Positions 44,523-57,941 of a stretch of 64,000 nucleotides of DNA are shown here, in pieces (position 1 is the first letter of the stretch; every line of letters starts with the position of its first letter). The notes below the pieces were generated by a model that was given only the letters and a program-made list of their open reading frames with translations, was not told where the DNA came from and ran no database searches. The stretch is from Octopus vulgaris (taxonomy: Eukaryota). A program made the translations under genes and the position numbers. The stretch is from NCBI GenBank assembly GCA_951406725.2, contig OX597825.1, positions 1,860,001 to 1,924,000 on the forward strand, given 5' to 3'.

Positions 44523-44888
44523 TATGAGTGTGTTTCTTTTTTGGTTGGGCAATTCAAGTTTGCATCGACGATGGTGGGATTGTTGGAGCGTGGAAGAGAC
44601 AGAGATAAATAAAGCTACGAGAGACAAATGAAGTGAGGCACAGAGAATGGCGGGGCAGACGACAAACAGGGGTCGGCTGACGAACATTGAGTTTTCGGTG
44701 AATGACAAACGAAAGGGCTGCCTCATTCCATTCACGATCGTTTCGGTTAGTATCGTTTGGTATGGTGAGCTGTTTAAGGTTTTTATAATCGTTCCTTTTC
44801 TACCATTTTTTCTTCTTGTTGTTATCGGTAGGGCGGTTAAATAAACAAACATATATACATATATAAATATAAAAATCATATGGCTCAC

Positions 44889-44997
44889 CTGAATAGACGA
44901 TGGTGAAGAGGTGTAATAATCGGAGAAGGTAATTCATATTCCCAGAGAAGGTTGTTTTAGGTTTAGATTCCTCATGTCGTTTTCGAATGCCCATCAT
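44889..44997 (-). CDS. Candidate first coding exon, possible signal peptide (MMGIRKRHEESKPKTTFSGNMNYLLRLLHLFTIVYS-G)
   Basis: ACCGCCACGATGATG start context, hydrophobic C-terminal stretch, consensus donor CAG|GTGAGC in phase 1, CpG-richer unique flank; no homology recognised. Confidence 0.4.
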
Positions 44998-45314
44998 CGT
45001 GGCGGTTATGGCCGACGCGGGTCACCAGTGGCAGACGACACACACTCGCTGAGGCAGACGACACACACACGCGGACACATACACATAGAGCTATCTATAG
45101 ACATAGACATATACACACATACACACGCACGTCTATATGTATATATATATATACACACACTTCTATATATATATATATCGAATATACACGCACACAGCCA
45201 CTACTGCTAGTAAAGATTTAGCATTAAACTGTTTGACGCTCCGACTCCAGCGTGCCAAATCTAAGTGCTACTATATATCGTCTGCTCGCACCTCTCGAGT
45301 GTCTGTATAGATAC

Positions 45315-45569
45315 TGCTCTCTCTCTCTCTCTCGCTTTCTTTCTTTCTATCTCTCTCTCTCTCTCTATCTTACTCTTTTCTTTCGTTCTATCTATTTTTT
45401 TTTACTTAATCTCTTTCTCTTTGCATTTCCTTCGAATTTTCATTCACTTTCTTTGTTTACATTCTCTTTCTCGATTACTTTAATATTTCTCTTTTTCTTC
45501 TCTTTTCTTTCACTCTCTTTCTTTTCATAAACAATCCTCTGTTTTGCCCTGCGTTTCTCTTAATATTTC

Positions 45570-45609
<40 letters not shown>

Positions 45610-46265
45610 TGTTCCTTTCTTTCTGTCTCTCTCTCTCTCTCTCTCTCTCTCCCTTTCTCTTTCTCTCACTTATTCTGTTAGTCACTATTTTCTTTATATT
45701 TACATCTCTCTCGTCTTCTGTTTATTTCGGTGTCTCCTACATTTTGTCATTATTTTTCAATCTTTCCTTTTACTTCTTTCTTTATTATTTTTCCTCATCT
45801 TTCTTCCTCTATAATTTTCTTTTTTACTTCTTTCGCCCCCTCTCTCATTCCCCCTCTCTCTCTCTCTCTATCTATCTTTCAGTCTACCTGTCGCGCTCTC
45901 TCTCCTCTCCCCTCCCTCTCTCTCTTTCTCCCTGTCTATCTGTCTGCCTATCTAACTACATATCTTTTCCTCTCTTTATCGTTCACTCTGTTTCAATCTT
46001 TCTCTCTCTTTCCTCAATATCTTTTTTCGCTTCCTTCTCCTTTCCCAGTTTGTCACACTTTCTTATATCTCTATATTTTACTTATTTTTCCTCTACTTTT
46101 TCTTTCTCATTTTTTACCTTGTCTTTTTCATTCTAATATGCGAAAACCTCATTCCTTTCTCTCATTCGCTTTCTTTTTTCTTCTTTCTTTTCTTTCATCT
46201 TTCTTCCTCACTCAATTTTAATCTTTTTCTCTCGCAATATTTTCCCTCAGTCTCTATCTCGCTCA
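45315..46265. repeat. Polypyrimidine (CT/TTTC-rich) low-complexity tract
   Basis: Direct reading. Confidence 0.9.
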
Positions 46266-46366
46266 GTTTATCATTTATCTATCATAGACGTAGATGCATA
46301 CAAACACATACATACGCACGTACACACATATTTACGTACATATATTACATGTGTATATATTATGTG

Positions 46367-46415
<49 letters not shown>

Positions 46416-46664
46416 ATGTATGTATGTATGTATGTATGTATGTATGTATGTATGTATGTATGTATGTATGTATGAGAGTGTGTATAAAAGTGTGTGTGTA
46501 TAGTCACACACACGTATATATATATATATAGATATATATACACACTCATATATATATATGAATCGAAGATCGAGATTTCCGTCCATTGCACCATTCAAAC
46601 TTATTGCATTGAGTACTATTTTTCTGTTTGTTCTAACAGGTGTACACAGAAATACAAACACACC

Positions 46665-46749
<85 letters not shown>

Positions 46750-46941
46750 TACAAAATTAGAGAATGGAGAAACATACTTAAATCAATAAAACATCAACTA
46801 TCCGATGATATTCAATCCATACTTTAATACACCATTACATAGGAGTAAAGGCAATATATAAAATGAAATGAGATATACAGTAATAGTAAAAAGATAAAGA
46901 GATATAAGTAAAAAATTACAAATACAATATGCAAATAAATC

Positions 46942-47057
46942 GAAACTGACAGCTGTTTCGGCAGTGAGGACAGTCATACCTCATTTAACCTATAAGCCAT
47001 AAAGGCAGGTATAAATGAGGCATTAACAAAGATGCCCCACGGCCTCTTCAGAGAATT
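46942..47057 (-). ncRNA. Type I hammerhead ribozyme (mirror copy)
   Basis: Reverse complement of 47935-48050. Confidence 0.8.
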
Positions 47058-47395
47058 AAATTAAGTTTGTTATAATAGTGAAAAATATTATATAATCATA
47101 TACATATAAATATAAAAATATAAAAAAGTAAAATATAAAAACTTATACATCATAATGCTACACTTGTATAATATAATACATATTTGTACAAAAAGGAAGG
47201 TAACCAGAACAAAATAAAACAAAATATATAACAGTGTATATATAATATTAATAAGTACCGATATCATACATATTTAGCTAATAGTTTTTTTTATAAAAAA
47301 AGGGGCTAACACATATGGAGATGAAAAATAATAATAATTAAATCCGTGGTACAGTTCATAAAATTCTAAAGCTATAAAAGTTAATAAAAATTACT

Positions 47396-47429
<34 letters not shown>

Positions 47430-47564
47430 GTAATAATAATAAAAAATAATAAAAATAGATACAGTTAAGTTATCACCAAGTCCATCCTTCCAAGATCGAA
47501 ATAACTATGAGTTAAGAAATGCTGACCACTAGGTAAAGAAAATTTAGATTATTATTATTATTAC

Positions 47565-47598
<34 letters not shown>

Positions 47599-47934
47599 AG
47601 TAATTTTTATTAACTTTTATAGCTTTAGAATTTTATGAACTGTACCACGGATTTAATTATTATTATTTTTCATCTCCATATGTGTTAGCCCCTTTTTATA
47701 AAAAAAACTATTAGCTAAATATGTATGATATCGGTACTTATTAATATTATATATACACTGTTATATATTTTGTTTTATTTTGTTCTGGTTACCTTCCTTT
47801 TTGTACAAATATGTATTATATTATACAAGTGTAGCATTATGATGTATAAGTTTTTATATTTTACTTTTTTATATTTTTATATTTATATGTATATGATTAT
47901 ATAATATTTTTCACTATTATAACAAACTTAATTT

Positions 47935-48050
47935 AATTCTCTGAAGAGGCCGTGGGGCATCTTTGTTAATGCCTCATTTATACCTGCCTTTATGGCTTAT
48001 AGGTTAAATGAGGTATGACTGTCCTCACTGCCGAAACAGCTGTCAGTTTC
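47935..48050 (+). ncRNA. Type I hammerhead ribozyme with ~85-nt stem II
   Basis: CTGAAGA (47941); stem II GGC.GTGGGG/CCTCAC.GCC enclosing ATGCCTCATTTA/TAAATGAGGTAT; GAAAC (48033); palindromic stem III ACAGCTGT; GTC triplet with predicted cleavage after 48044. Stem I is short (CT/AG). Confidence 0.8.
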
Positions 48051-48608
48051 GATTTATTTGCATATTGTATTTGTAATTTTTTACTTATATCTCTTTATCT
48101 TTTTACTATTACTGTATATCTCATTTCATTTTATATATTGCCTTTACTCCTATGTAATGGTGTATTAAAGTATGGATTGAATATCATCGGATAGTTGATG
48201 TTTTATTGATTTAAGTATGTTTCTCCATTCTCTAATTTTGTAGTATTAATTTACGGTAATATTATTACCCTTACCCATTTAATACAATAGATGAACTGAT
48301 TGCTTGACAATTTCTAACATCTATGTATTAATTTTTGTTGGGTACCTATCTAGCAGTATATTGGATATATATTATCCCATGGTGGGTTGAATTTTCAACC
48401 CCTATCTCATTTTATAATATATATATATATATATAAATATATATGTATGTGTGTGTGTGTATACATACATATATTTCTATATATATACATATACATATTA
48501 TATATATATGTATACACAGACATACATATACGCATATATACATATTTGTATGTGTATATATTATATATATATACATATATTTTATATATGCATATACATA
48601 CATGTACG

Positions 48609-48644
<36 letters not shown>

Positions 48645-48703
48645 TATCTACATATATATATGAATATATATATATATATACACGCTCGCGCACACACTCA
48701 CAC

Positions 48704-48744
<41 letters not shown>

Positions 48745-48976
48745 GGCGTTCTTTTTTCATTTGTCTATTTTCCCTCCATATCTTACTTTTTTTTAATTTC
48801 TTTTCCTTAACTGGTCTTTCAACTATTCTCATTGAAATCGTTTTTGTCAATCTTTATATCTAATACTCTTTCCTCCCACCGCTACCCTTATCTCTCTTAG
48901 TTTTCTTACTCTTTTTCCTCACTTTCTCTACTATCCATACGCAACAGAGTTTTTTCTCTCTCTCTATGTTAGCCTA

Positions 48977-49017
<41 letters not shown>

Positions 49018-49223
49018 TTCAATACATTTTATGGATAGATATCTATACACTGTAACACGTACACAGACACAAAAGCACAATATACAAGTGTGTACCTGTC
49101 TCTCTTTCTCTTTCTCTGTGCGTATGTATGTATAGTAATATGTATATGTATGTCTACGTATGTATGCATGTATATATATATATATACACACACGCACATA
49201 CTACATACATACATACATGCATA

Positions 49224-49265
<42 letters not shown>

Positions 49266-50341
49266 ATCACACACACACACACACATATATATACACACAT
49301 ATATATATACCTATCATTTGCCTTGTACCGCTCTCCTTCCAACTCACCATCTCTCTTTCACCTTTCCTCCCCTTTCTCCTGTTTACCTTAAGCTCTATCC
49401 CACCGACCAGCACTACAGTTGAAGCCTTTAAATTTCTATCTATTAGAAAGTTTTTAGCAATTTCTTTATTTCTTTCTCAAGTTTACACTTCTCAACCTCT
49501 TTTTTTCCTTTTGACATTCTGTCTCCCCGATATATTCATATGAGAAGGTTAACATTTAGGTTTCCAGTCCCAAATTCTGTCAGAGGCGATTTTGCATTTT
49601 CTAAAATCTATTGCGGCTTCACCATTGGTCAACTCTGATCCACACGACCTTTGGTCAAAGGCCACACTGTCAATTCCAGCTATTGAAATACCGAGTATTT
49701 GTACATACGCTCGAACATGACGTTTTGAAAATCAAATTTATATACGTGAAGTAGGGTGCAAAAAGTGCATATATACCAATTTCCAGCCACCTTTCATGAA
49801 AATGAGAGGTTTGTATGAAAAATATATTTGTTGTTTGCATTTACATCCTTCAGGAATATATGGCGTGACTTTTATGCATGCAAGAAACGCCGCTGATTAT
49901 GCATATTTCTTTCTCTTTTTAATTTGAGAGTAAATTTTGATTGGCCAGCAACTTGGTAGCAAGGTTGTTAAGGAAAATATCATCTTGTATTCTAAACATC
50001 ATCCTTCTAATCTGAAGAAGGTTTTGGAGATTTTTATAGTCCGATATCGTGATCTTTTGTAGCATATGGAAGAAGGATGTGCATTCTCTCCCCAAGAGCC
50101 CAAAGTTCAGCCAAACATTGCTTCGAATGGTTTGGTATGTATCCTACTGCTCCGTGTCGCGAGGGCAATTAATTTCCTCAAAAGAACATATCTTTTCGTT
50201 GTGGCCCAACACAACGATATCTGGTCGGTTGTGTTTTGATCTGCTGGCTGCTAAATTTCTACGTATGTATGTATGTATGTATGTATGTATGTATGTATGT
50301 ATGTATGTATGTATGTATGTATGTATGTATGTATGTATGTC

Positions 50342-50900
50342 AGGTCACGTTCGAGTGCTACTGGTAACATGTAACCCAGTACAACCTGTTGCATGGTCGG
50401 GTCGTCGGCGACTAAATCGGCAACCCCACCAAACTTGCTTGGTGAGGAGGGTGTTTATTGGACATCCTGCGGGATGAAAAACAAAACCCGTCAAAGGGCG
50501 GAGGAACTCTTGAGAGTGAACGGCCATCCAATAAATGTCTTAAGGATGTATCATGCGCGGGGACATAGAAATAATCGGACTGAATACCCGATCGCGCGAT
50601 TAAACCATTGGGAGTGAAGGACTCCTAGCCTTTGTTAGGGCATCCTTCTAGGAGAAGGTAACTCAGGTAACTGGGATAACTCCGACATAAAACCTGCGGC
50701 TCAGTGGTTACCGATGATGTTGACTTGTTCTTCTTTTCGAATTATGGCTGCTGTTGCTTAGTGACTGGGATTGACTCAGTGCACAGCCTTTCCTCACTTT
50801 AAAAAAATCTTCTTGCACAGGCATTGCACGATATCAACATTGATTAAGCTTCGTGCAGCTTCGTGCAATGTCCATACTCTATAACGAGGGGGCAGCCACC

Positions 50901-50902
<2 letters not shown>
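50342..50902 (+). mobile_element. Non-coding GC-richer insert within (TATG)n, probably RTE-LINE-derived non-autonomous element
   Basis: (TATG)n on both sides; TAGGGCATCCTTCTAGGAGAAGGTAACTC resembles a motif I recall from RTE 5' UTRs; no long ORF. Confidence 0.5.
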
Positions 50903-50933
<31 letters not shown>

Positions 50934-51684
50934 TACTGGCATATATCATTGTAAAATATAACACACTTGTTTGTATCGCTGACGGGTGATAATCCTCCGC
51001 CATGGCTGCCGGAACTGCCAAATGAAGTGATTTCTAACACAACATCTATTTTTAGTGAGGGATAATCATTAATATTTTGGTATTAATTGTGCTTCTGTTG
51101 CTATATTTACATTTTGGCAAGCCCACTCTCTGAATTCTATATATTGCTGAAGAGGAAGATCCAGTGCTGGGTCTAGCCGGACATCTGTCATTGTGAAGGA
51201 CGAAGAAGGTTGAAACCATGTGATCTGGGGTTTCGGTCAGCGATATAAACACGTGTGCTTATATGCACCACAACTCCATGAAGTTCTCTCGTGCTAAATA
51301 ACGCAGTATTGTGTGTTCTAACACAGACTCCACTTTTACTCGTATATGTATATATATATATAATTCCCGTATCGTCAAAAATGCCGACAGTTTCATTAAT
51401 GATAGAAGATGGCGCATCAGCACAATGATCGATTAAAACCATTGATAAATGTCACCAATTGAGTAAATATATATATACATACACAAAACTGAAGTTTTCG
51501 AACAATCAGATACAGTTGTACAATCGTATTTTCTTGAAACACGTGTAGTCTTATAAACGGAAAATACAGGATTCAGAATATAGTTAGTATAAGATTTAAT
51601 ATTTAACATTTTATGGAGTGGTCGGGTATAAAATCTGTCAGTGTTGATTGAGTTGAAGGTGGTTCTGTCTCTAAAACTACACAC

Positions 51685-51735
<51 letters not shown>

Positions 51736-51921
51736 CCTTCTCAATCAAAACTGTCCGACAAGCGGAAACGTTTTTGTGATGTCTTAACAGCTTTTTAATA
51801 ACGTATACACACACACACAAACACACGCACTCACACACACACACAAATGTATGTATGCATATATGTATATACAAATACACATACAATCATACGTACCTGG
51901 TGATGATTGAAACCAATCAAC

Positions 51922-51958
<37 letters not shown>

Positions 51959-52639
51959 TTAGACAGAAACAAATGTACTGACCCCTGAATGGGAAAACAA
52001 AAAAATGTTGTTTATCATGCAGCTTTGCAATAAGTTCCAAATCAACAAATTATAACATTGTTTTGATGAAAATTGTTCATAGTTTGAAAAACACAAGTAA
52101 TCATCATATACCCTCATACATACACCACTGACGAACACACATGTACATACCCGTAGAGATACGCACACGTGTACAAAATATAAGCATACAAAAACTTACC
52201 CGTATATATATATATAATTACACGTGCGCGTGCACACACACATACATATAATGCATGTACGCAAGCATGTACGCATACACAGTCATACATACACACGTAC
52301 ACACAAACGTACATAGGGGCACACATTCATGCACAGATACACGCATTGATATATACCTATATATGTATACACATACATACGTATATGCATGATGTTGCCC
52401 TAGCATGGCCGCACAACAATCACTCAGCTGACAAAAATGAGTCGTAGCTGTATTTCAAAGGGCCAGCCTTGGCACACTCTGTGTCACGTTGAATCTCTCT
52501 GAGGACTACATTAAGGGTGCACACGTGTCCGTGGAGAGCGCAGCCCCTTGAACGTTAATTTCACAATCAAGATGTTCCGTTGATCAGCTGGGACCCTCGT
52601 CGTCGTAACCGACGGAGTGCTCCTTTAATATATATATTA

Positions 52640-52900
52640 CTTTTTATCTTGTAGTTGTTTCAGTCATTAGACTGCGGCCATGTAATATGTAATACAGGCG
52701 TTCTAGTTGAACGAGCCCCTATATCCGAATTCTTATTCCTAAGCCGGGAACTTGATCTATTGACCTCTTTTCCGAACCGCAAAGTTACAGGGTCGTAAAC
52801 AAAACAAACGGTGGCTATTTTCAAAACAAACAAAACGCTTGCCCAAGGTGCCACGCAACGGGACTGAACCCGGATTCATGTGGCTGGGAAGTACACAGCC
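52640..52900 (-). mobile_element. SINE family B (internally deleted)
   Basis: GTTTCAGTCATTAGACTGCGGCCATG and CTTGCCCAAGGTGCCACGCAACGGGACTGAACCCGG. Confidence 0.8.
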
Positions 52901-52914
52901 GAAGTAAGAGAAAG

Positions 52915-52945
<31 letters not shown>

Positions 52946-53383
52946 AGAAAAGTAAATGAAAGCACAGAAACGTACGCGCGCGCGAGCGTTAATAATTTAC
53001 GAACATCTAATTGTTAAAGCAAATATTATTTACGATAAGAATTTACACATCAACTTCAGAGTAAAACCACTCATGCAGGTCTCCTGCATTTAGTACCTGT
53101 GACTGTCACTCACCCCTACTCCCTTTGTTGTTTTAGTTACCGTCTGCCAAAAGGACCAAGAGGAGACATCGCGTTTTATTATTTGTAAGACATATTGAAG
53201 AGGGGATTAAGTCCGAAATATTATAACTCTTTATTCTATACATTTTACATTTCCTATTCTGCCTAATAATATTAATTGTGAACGTCTCTCCTACACTTGT
53301 TACATTTGTTGTTTCTTAGGCTTTTCTTATTTGTATTTCTTTTCGCTGTGTATATACATACTTACTCACAAACATGCATATCT

Positions 53384-53608
<225 letters not shown>

Positions 53609-53702
53609 GTTGACGGAGACTGAAAAATCCCGACGAATATATTTTTTATTCATTAATTCTTTTACTTGTTTGAGTCATTTGAGTGCAACCATGCTGACGA
53701 AC

Positions 53703-54511
53703 AGGTGTGGTTTTGTGGTAAAAGGTTTACTTTCCAGCCACGTGGTTTCGGGTCCAGTCCCATCGCGTGACGCCTTGGGCAAGTGTATTCTACTATAACA
53801 TCGGGCTGACCAAAGCCTTGTGAGTGGATTTGGTAGACAGAAACTGATGTGTGTGTGTGTATATATATATATATATAAATAATTAAAAGGGCGGGCAACA
53901 GGCTGCTTCGCCGCATACCGAAGGAATTAGAAATGGCAGCCAAAGACTATTTTTTCCATTTTCTACAAGTGGAGATTCCATATACGACAAACCCTGCGAT
54001 TCACATACGCAAAATCGGAGTAGCAAATAAACGAAAACAATCTCTTACCGTTAATGATGAACATGTTTCTAGATCACAGGCTAAAAATTGCCTGATTTCC
54101 TTCGTCAACACCATATTCGATAGATTTACCAAATGCCACCGGCCTTCACCTCTGACCAAGCGACATCAGATAGTGGGGGGAGGTGTGCAGTTGTTAAAAC
54201 TAAGTAATGACTGGGACCGTAAATTTTCCCTCCAAAATTCTGCTATGCGCGCCACCTGGGTGATCGCAATGGAGTAAGAAATCCACATGGTAATACAATA
54301 AAGGGGTAAATAATTTTTCCGTGGTTTTTCGTACAACCAACAATTATTTACCAGTAAATTTCGGTATGTAAATATGACTTTTAGCGTTAGGAACTACAGA
54401 AGTTCCTGACGTTAAAAGTCATATTTACATACCGAAATTTACTGGTAAATAATTGTTGGTTGTACGAAAAACCACGGAAAAATTATTTACCCCTTTATTG
54501 TATATATATAC

Positions 54512-54561
<50 letters not shown>

Positions 54562-54802
54562 GTGTGTGTGTATGTGTGTGTGTGTTTCGTTGTATCTGTT
54601 TATCCTCCCACCATCACTTGACAACCGATGGTGGTGTGTTTATGACCTTGTAACTTAGCAGTTCGGCAAAGAGACCGATGGGATCAGTATTAGGCTTACA
54701 AAGAATAAGCCCTAGGGTCGATTTGTTTGACTAAAAATCACTTTAAGGTACTGCTCTAGTGTGGTCGCAGTCAAATGACTGAAAAGTGTAAAAAAATAAA
54801 AG
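53703..54802 (+). mobile_element. SINE family B split by an insertion in its central microsatellite
   Basis: 5' half at 53703-53850, 3' half at 54585-54802. Confidence 0.8.
53878..54503 (-). mobile_element. TA-embedded fold-back insert (~113-bp left arm, 5-nt loop, ~415-bp tail)
   Basis: Hairpin centred on ACAGA at 54406-54410, running from ATACAATAAAGGGG (54293) to CCCCTTTATTGTAT (54503) with 2 mismatches near the loop. Confidence 0.75.
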
Positions 54803-54804
54803 AA

Positions 54805-54845
<41 letters not shown>

Positions 54846-56265
54846 ATATATATATATATATGCACATGCACATGTGAGCACAGGACGTCATGAAACGTGT
54901 ACCACAAAAAAGTACGAAGCTTGAGCACATGGAGCATAAGCTATTCTTTCGAACAATGAAAGACGCAGTTGGAAAACAAAACAAACATAAAGAACGACCC
55001 TTCATCCGTTGTTGGCCATTTTTCTAGTCTCGCAATTCCACAATGAGGGTCGCTGCGTTAACGAAGCAGAAACGTCAATGGCTGTCGGGGTACGTGCCAA
55101 TAAGTAGGAGAGAACGGTGAGACGGTTCTGAACACGCACTTTTCGTCTTTGAAAAGGGGTAAAAGGCCTAAAACTTAGGAAATGGGTTCAAAAGCTGGAG
55201 CATATTTTTTTTATCCCAGATCACTTGGATCAAGTCTTGGACTATAGAGCCAAAATAATAGCAATAGCATCGGCACCACCGACATCAGCGGGAGCGCTGG
55301 TTCCAGCAACAGTTTTTGTACGAACGAGTGCAAATGCCTCTTGATGTAAACACATTTACTAACACTGTCTTAAATACAATATCTGAATAAAAGATGAGAT
55401 GGTCACAGCTGGAATGCCTTTGGTTATAGGTCTGCTCCTTTACAGTTCACATGGGACTAGACAATAACAAGAGGAACGATAATGATGGAAACGATACATT
55501 GCCCAACTAATATAGATTGCTAAATGGAGTTGTGTCCCTTTACGTTCTTATTTTAACGAATCGTGTTCCAGAGAAAATTTGATCGTTGCCCTTGCGGTGT
55601 TGCTAAAATATCGACCAATTAAGTATTGATAATCGATTAGATTGATTATAATACCTCTTCCCAAGTATTTGTTGATTTGAACTAAAATAATCAATTATAA
55701 TTTAATGCTCGAATTTTGGAACATCTGCTTACTCGTTAAACTCGTGCAGTGGAGTTGCCAAATCTTCTTCAAATTGCACCCTACGATGCAAGAAACATTG
55801 GATAATGCATTCCAAGACCCTTTATGTCTGGAAAGCAATAACTGGGTTTTCGAAGCTAGAATAATTTTGGTTAGAGCTCTCTTTGAGCAGTGCTGACTTT
55901 TGGCGAATTATTAAGGAATAAAAATTGTTCGAAGTGCTAGATAATGTCTGAGGGGTAGGGAAGGAAAAACGGGAAGGGCATACGTAAAAGGCCATGGTCA
56001 ATGAAACCTGACTTGCGATGAATCAACAAACAAGAACACATTACGTAACGTAGATCTACAATGCATTTATATCTGGAGAAAGACGAGATGGTCACGGTGT
56101 CTGCTTTATCATGACTGTCCTAATGTTAAAACTAAGCAACAGTATATTGGATGGTTTTGTTCTAGATCCCTGTGCATGGGAAACAGACGGAGCGGTTACA
56201 GCTGGAATATATGAGGTCAGAAACCTGCTCGATGAGGTTTACTGTAGCTAAACAACAACAGCAAT

Positions 56266-56302
<37 letters not shown>

Positions 56303-57193
56303 ACCACAACAAAGAACGATACACTGCGAATGTGAAAACGATGGCATAAATACAGCTGGACTGTTGCAATATATTTTCTTTACTTTCGGCAATGGCCATC
56401 AGTTGGGACTGAAAGCAGCAAGGAGCTTCTTTATAGAGACGTTTTGTTGTTGTTTCTGGTGTTATTGATGTTGCGTTGTCGTTGTTATTGTTGTTTAATG
56501 AAAAGTAAAGCACCGATGGAGCGGACCTCTCATCACAGACAGTGTCAGCCATTACCATTCTGCGTAATGTAGCTTGGAGTGATTTAATCTGTTTCATTTC
56601 CTCTTTGTAGCGGGTACAGTCTATTTTGAGGGAGATTTGGCTACCATTTCTAGTCATTGGTTCATACAGCCCCCTCTTTTTGTTGCTGCTGCTGTTGTTT
56701 AGCATCGAGTTCAACTGTGGACACCCATCTTTTTACCATATCAGCATTTGCGTTGCCCGAGATATCCATTAGTTTTTAGAAGAATAGAGCGTAACCGGAG
56801 TGCCATTTGTCTGCTATTTCTTACCTAGAAACTCATTTCTTGGTTCCTGTTGCTCCAATATTTGCTTGTAAGTAGAAATATAAAATGATTTTAAATAACG
56901 GTGCAAGGTATTTGAGTAGTTCATATGTTGCTGTTTACGATTTCCTGTCCAAGCCTATCCTAAGTCTACATTAATGTTTTCTAGTGTTATATTCGAATAC
57001 AAGGCGGAAAAAAATTCAGAAGAAAACAAATGGCTGGCTTAATGATTTTTGCTTTGTACGTTTTGCTTAAGAAACTGAATAATGTATAATTATTTTTTAT
57101 ATACGTGTAAAGCCATTATAAAGACGGTGATATTGTGTACACAACACGTATTGTTATTTTATAAACGGTTTATAATATTAATTGCTTAATTAA

Positions 57194-57415
57194 GGCGGTG
57201 AGCTGGCAGAGTTGTTAGCACGCTGGACAAAATGCTTAGCGCCATTTGGCCTGTTCGTTCTTACGTTCTGAGTTCAAATTCCACCGAGTTCATATTTACC
57301 CTTCATCCTTTCGGGGTAGATGAAATATGTACCACCCAGTTGATTACTGAGGTCGGTATTATTGACTTATCCTTGCACCTGATATTGCTGGCCTTGGTCC
57401 AAAATTTGAAATCAA
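57194..57415 (+). mobile_element. SINE family A
   Basis: Head, GAGTTCAAATTCC and core. Confidence 0.88.
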
Positions 57416-57941
57416 TATTATTTGTCTATTTTTGGCTACAATCTATGGTATTTAAATGAAATATGACATTCTTGCGACATTTTGTTCTTGCAAAAATTGT
57501 CATTTTTTCCCTTAAATATAATTTTCATGCGACTTTATTTCTGTTCACCTTCGATTCCTTTCCCATTGAGGTCATCTTCATTTTCATCATTCCTAGAATG
57601 ATAAAATAAAATACCAAGTTTGTTGTTTGATTTAGTGTCGTTTTATCTTCAGTAATTTAGCGATTCGTAAAATACTGATCAATAAAGTGAGAATCAAACT
57701 AAAATCAGTACTGGAATCGACTTAATCGCTTCCATCCCCGTCCTCACCAAATGAGTGACCTTGTACTAATATTGGGAATCAATATTCAGGGGCATGATAT
57801 CAGCAGGCTTCATCAAAATCATTTGTGATCATTCTTAACGACATCACATGAAGACCGAATCTCAAATTTGGCTTTGCTCTTCAAGGCCAGAAGATAATTT
57901 AGTCCCTAGGAACTACTGAAAAGGGGCCCAGAGATATCTTT

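Larger units (their letters stand above)
46746..48416 (+). mobile_element. Young PLE-type insert: ~700-bp inverted pLTR arms, ~105-bp spacer, ~170-bp 3' tail, within (TA)n
   Basis: 46746-47443 is the reverse complement of 47549-48246; the only difference I noticed is a homopolymer length. Tail 48247-48416; (TA)n on both sides; a hammerhead in each arm. Confidence 0.85.

Noticed and set aside
53933-54277. 114-aa ORF
   Set aside because: Lies in the tail of the fold-back insert, antisense to its inferred orientation; no recognisable motif.
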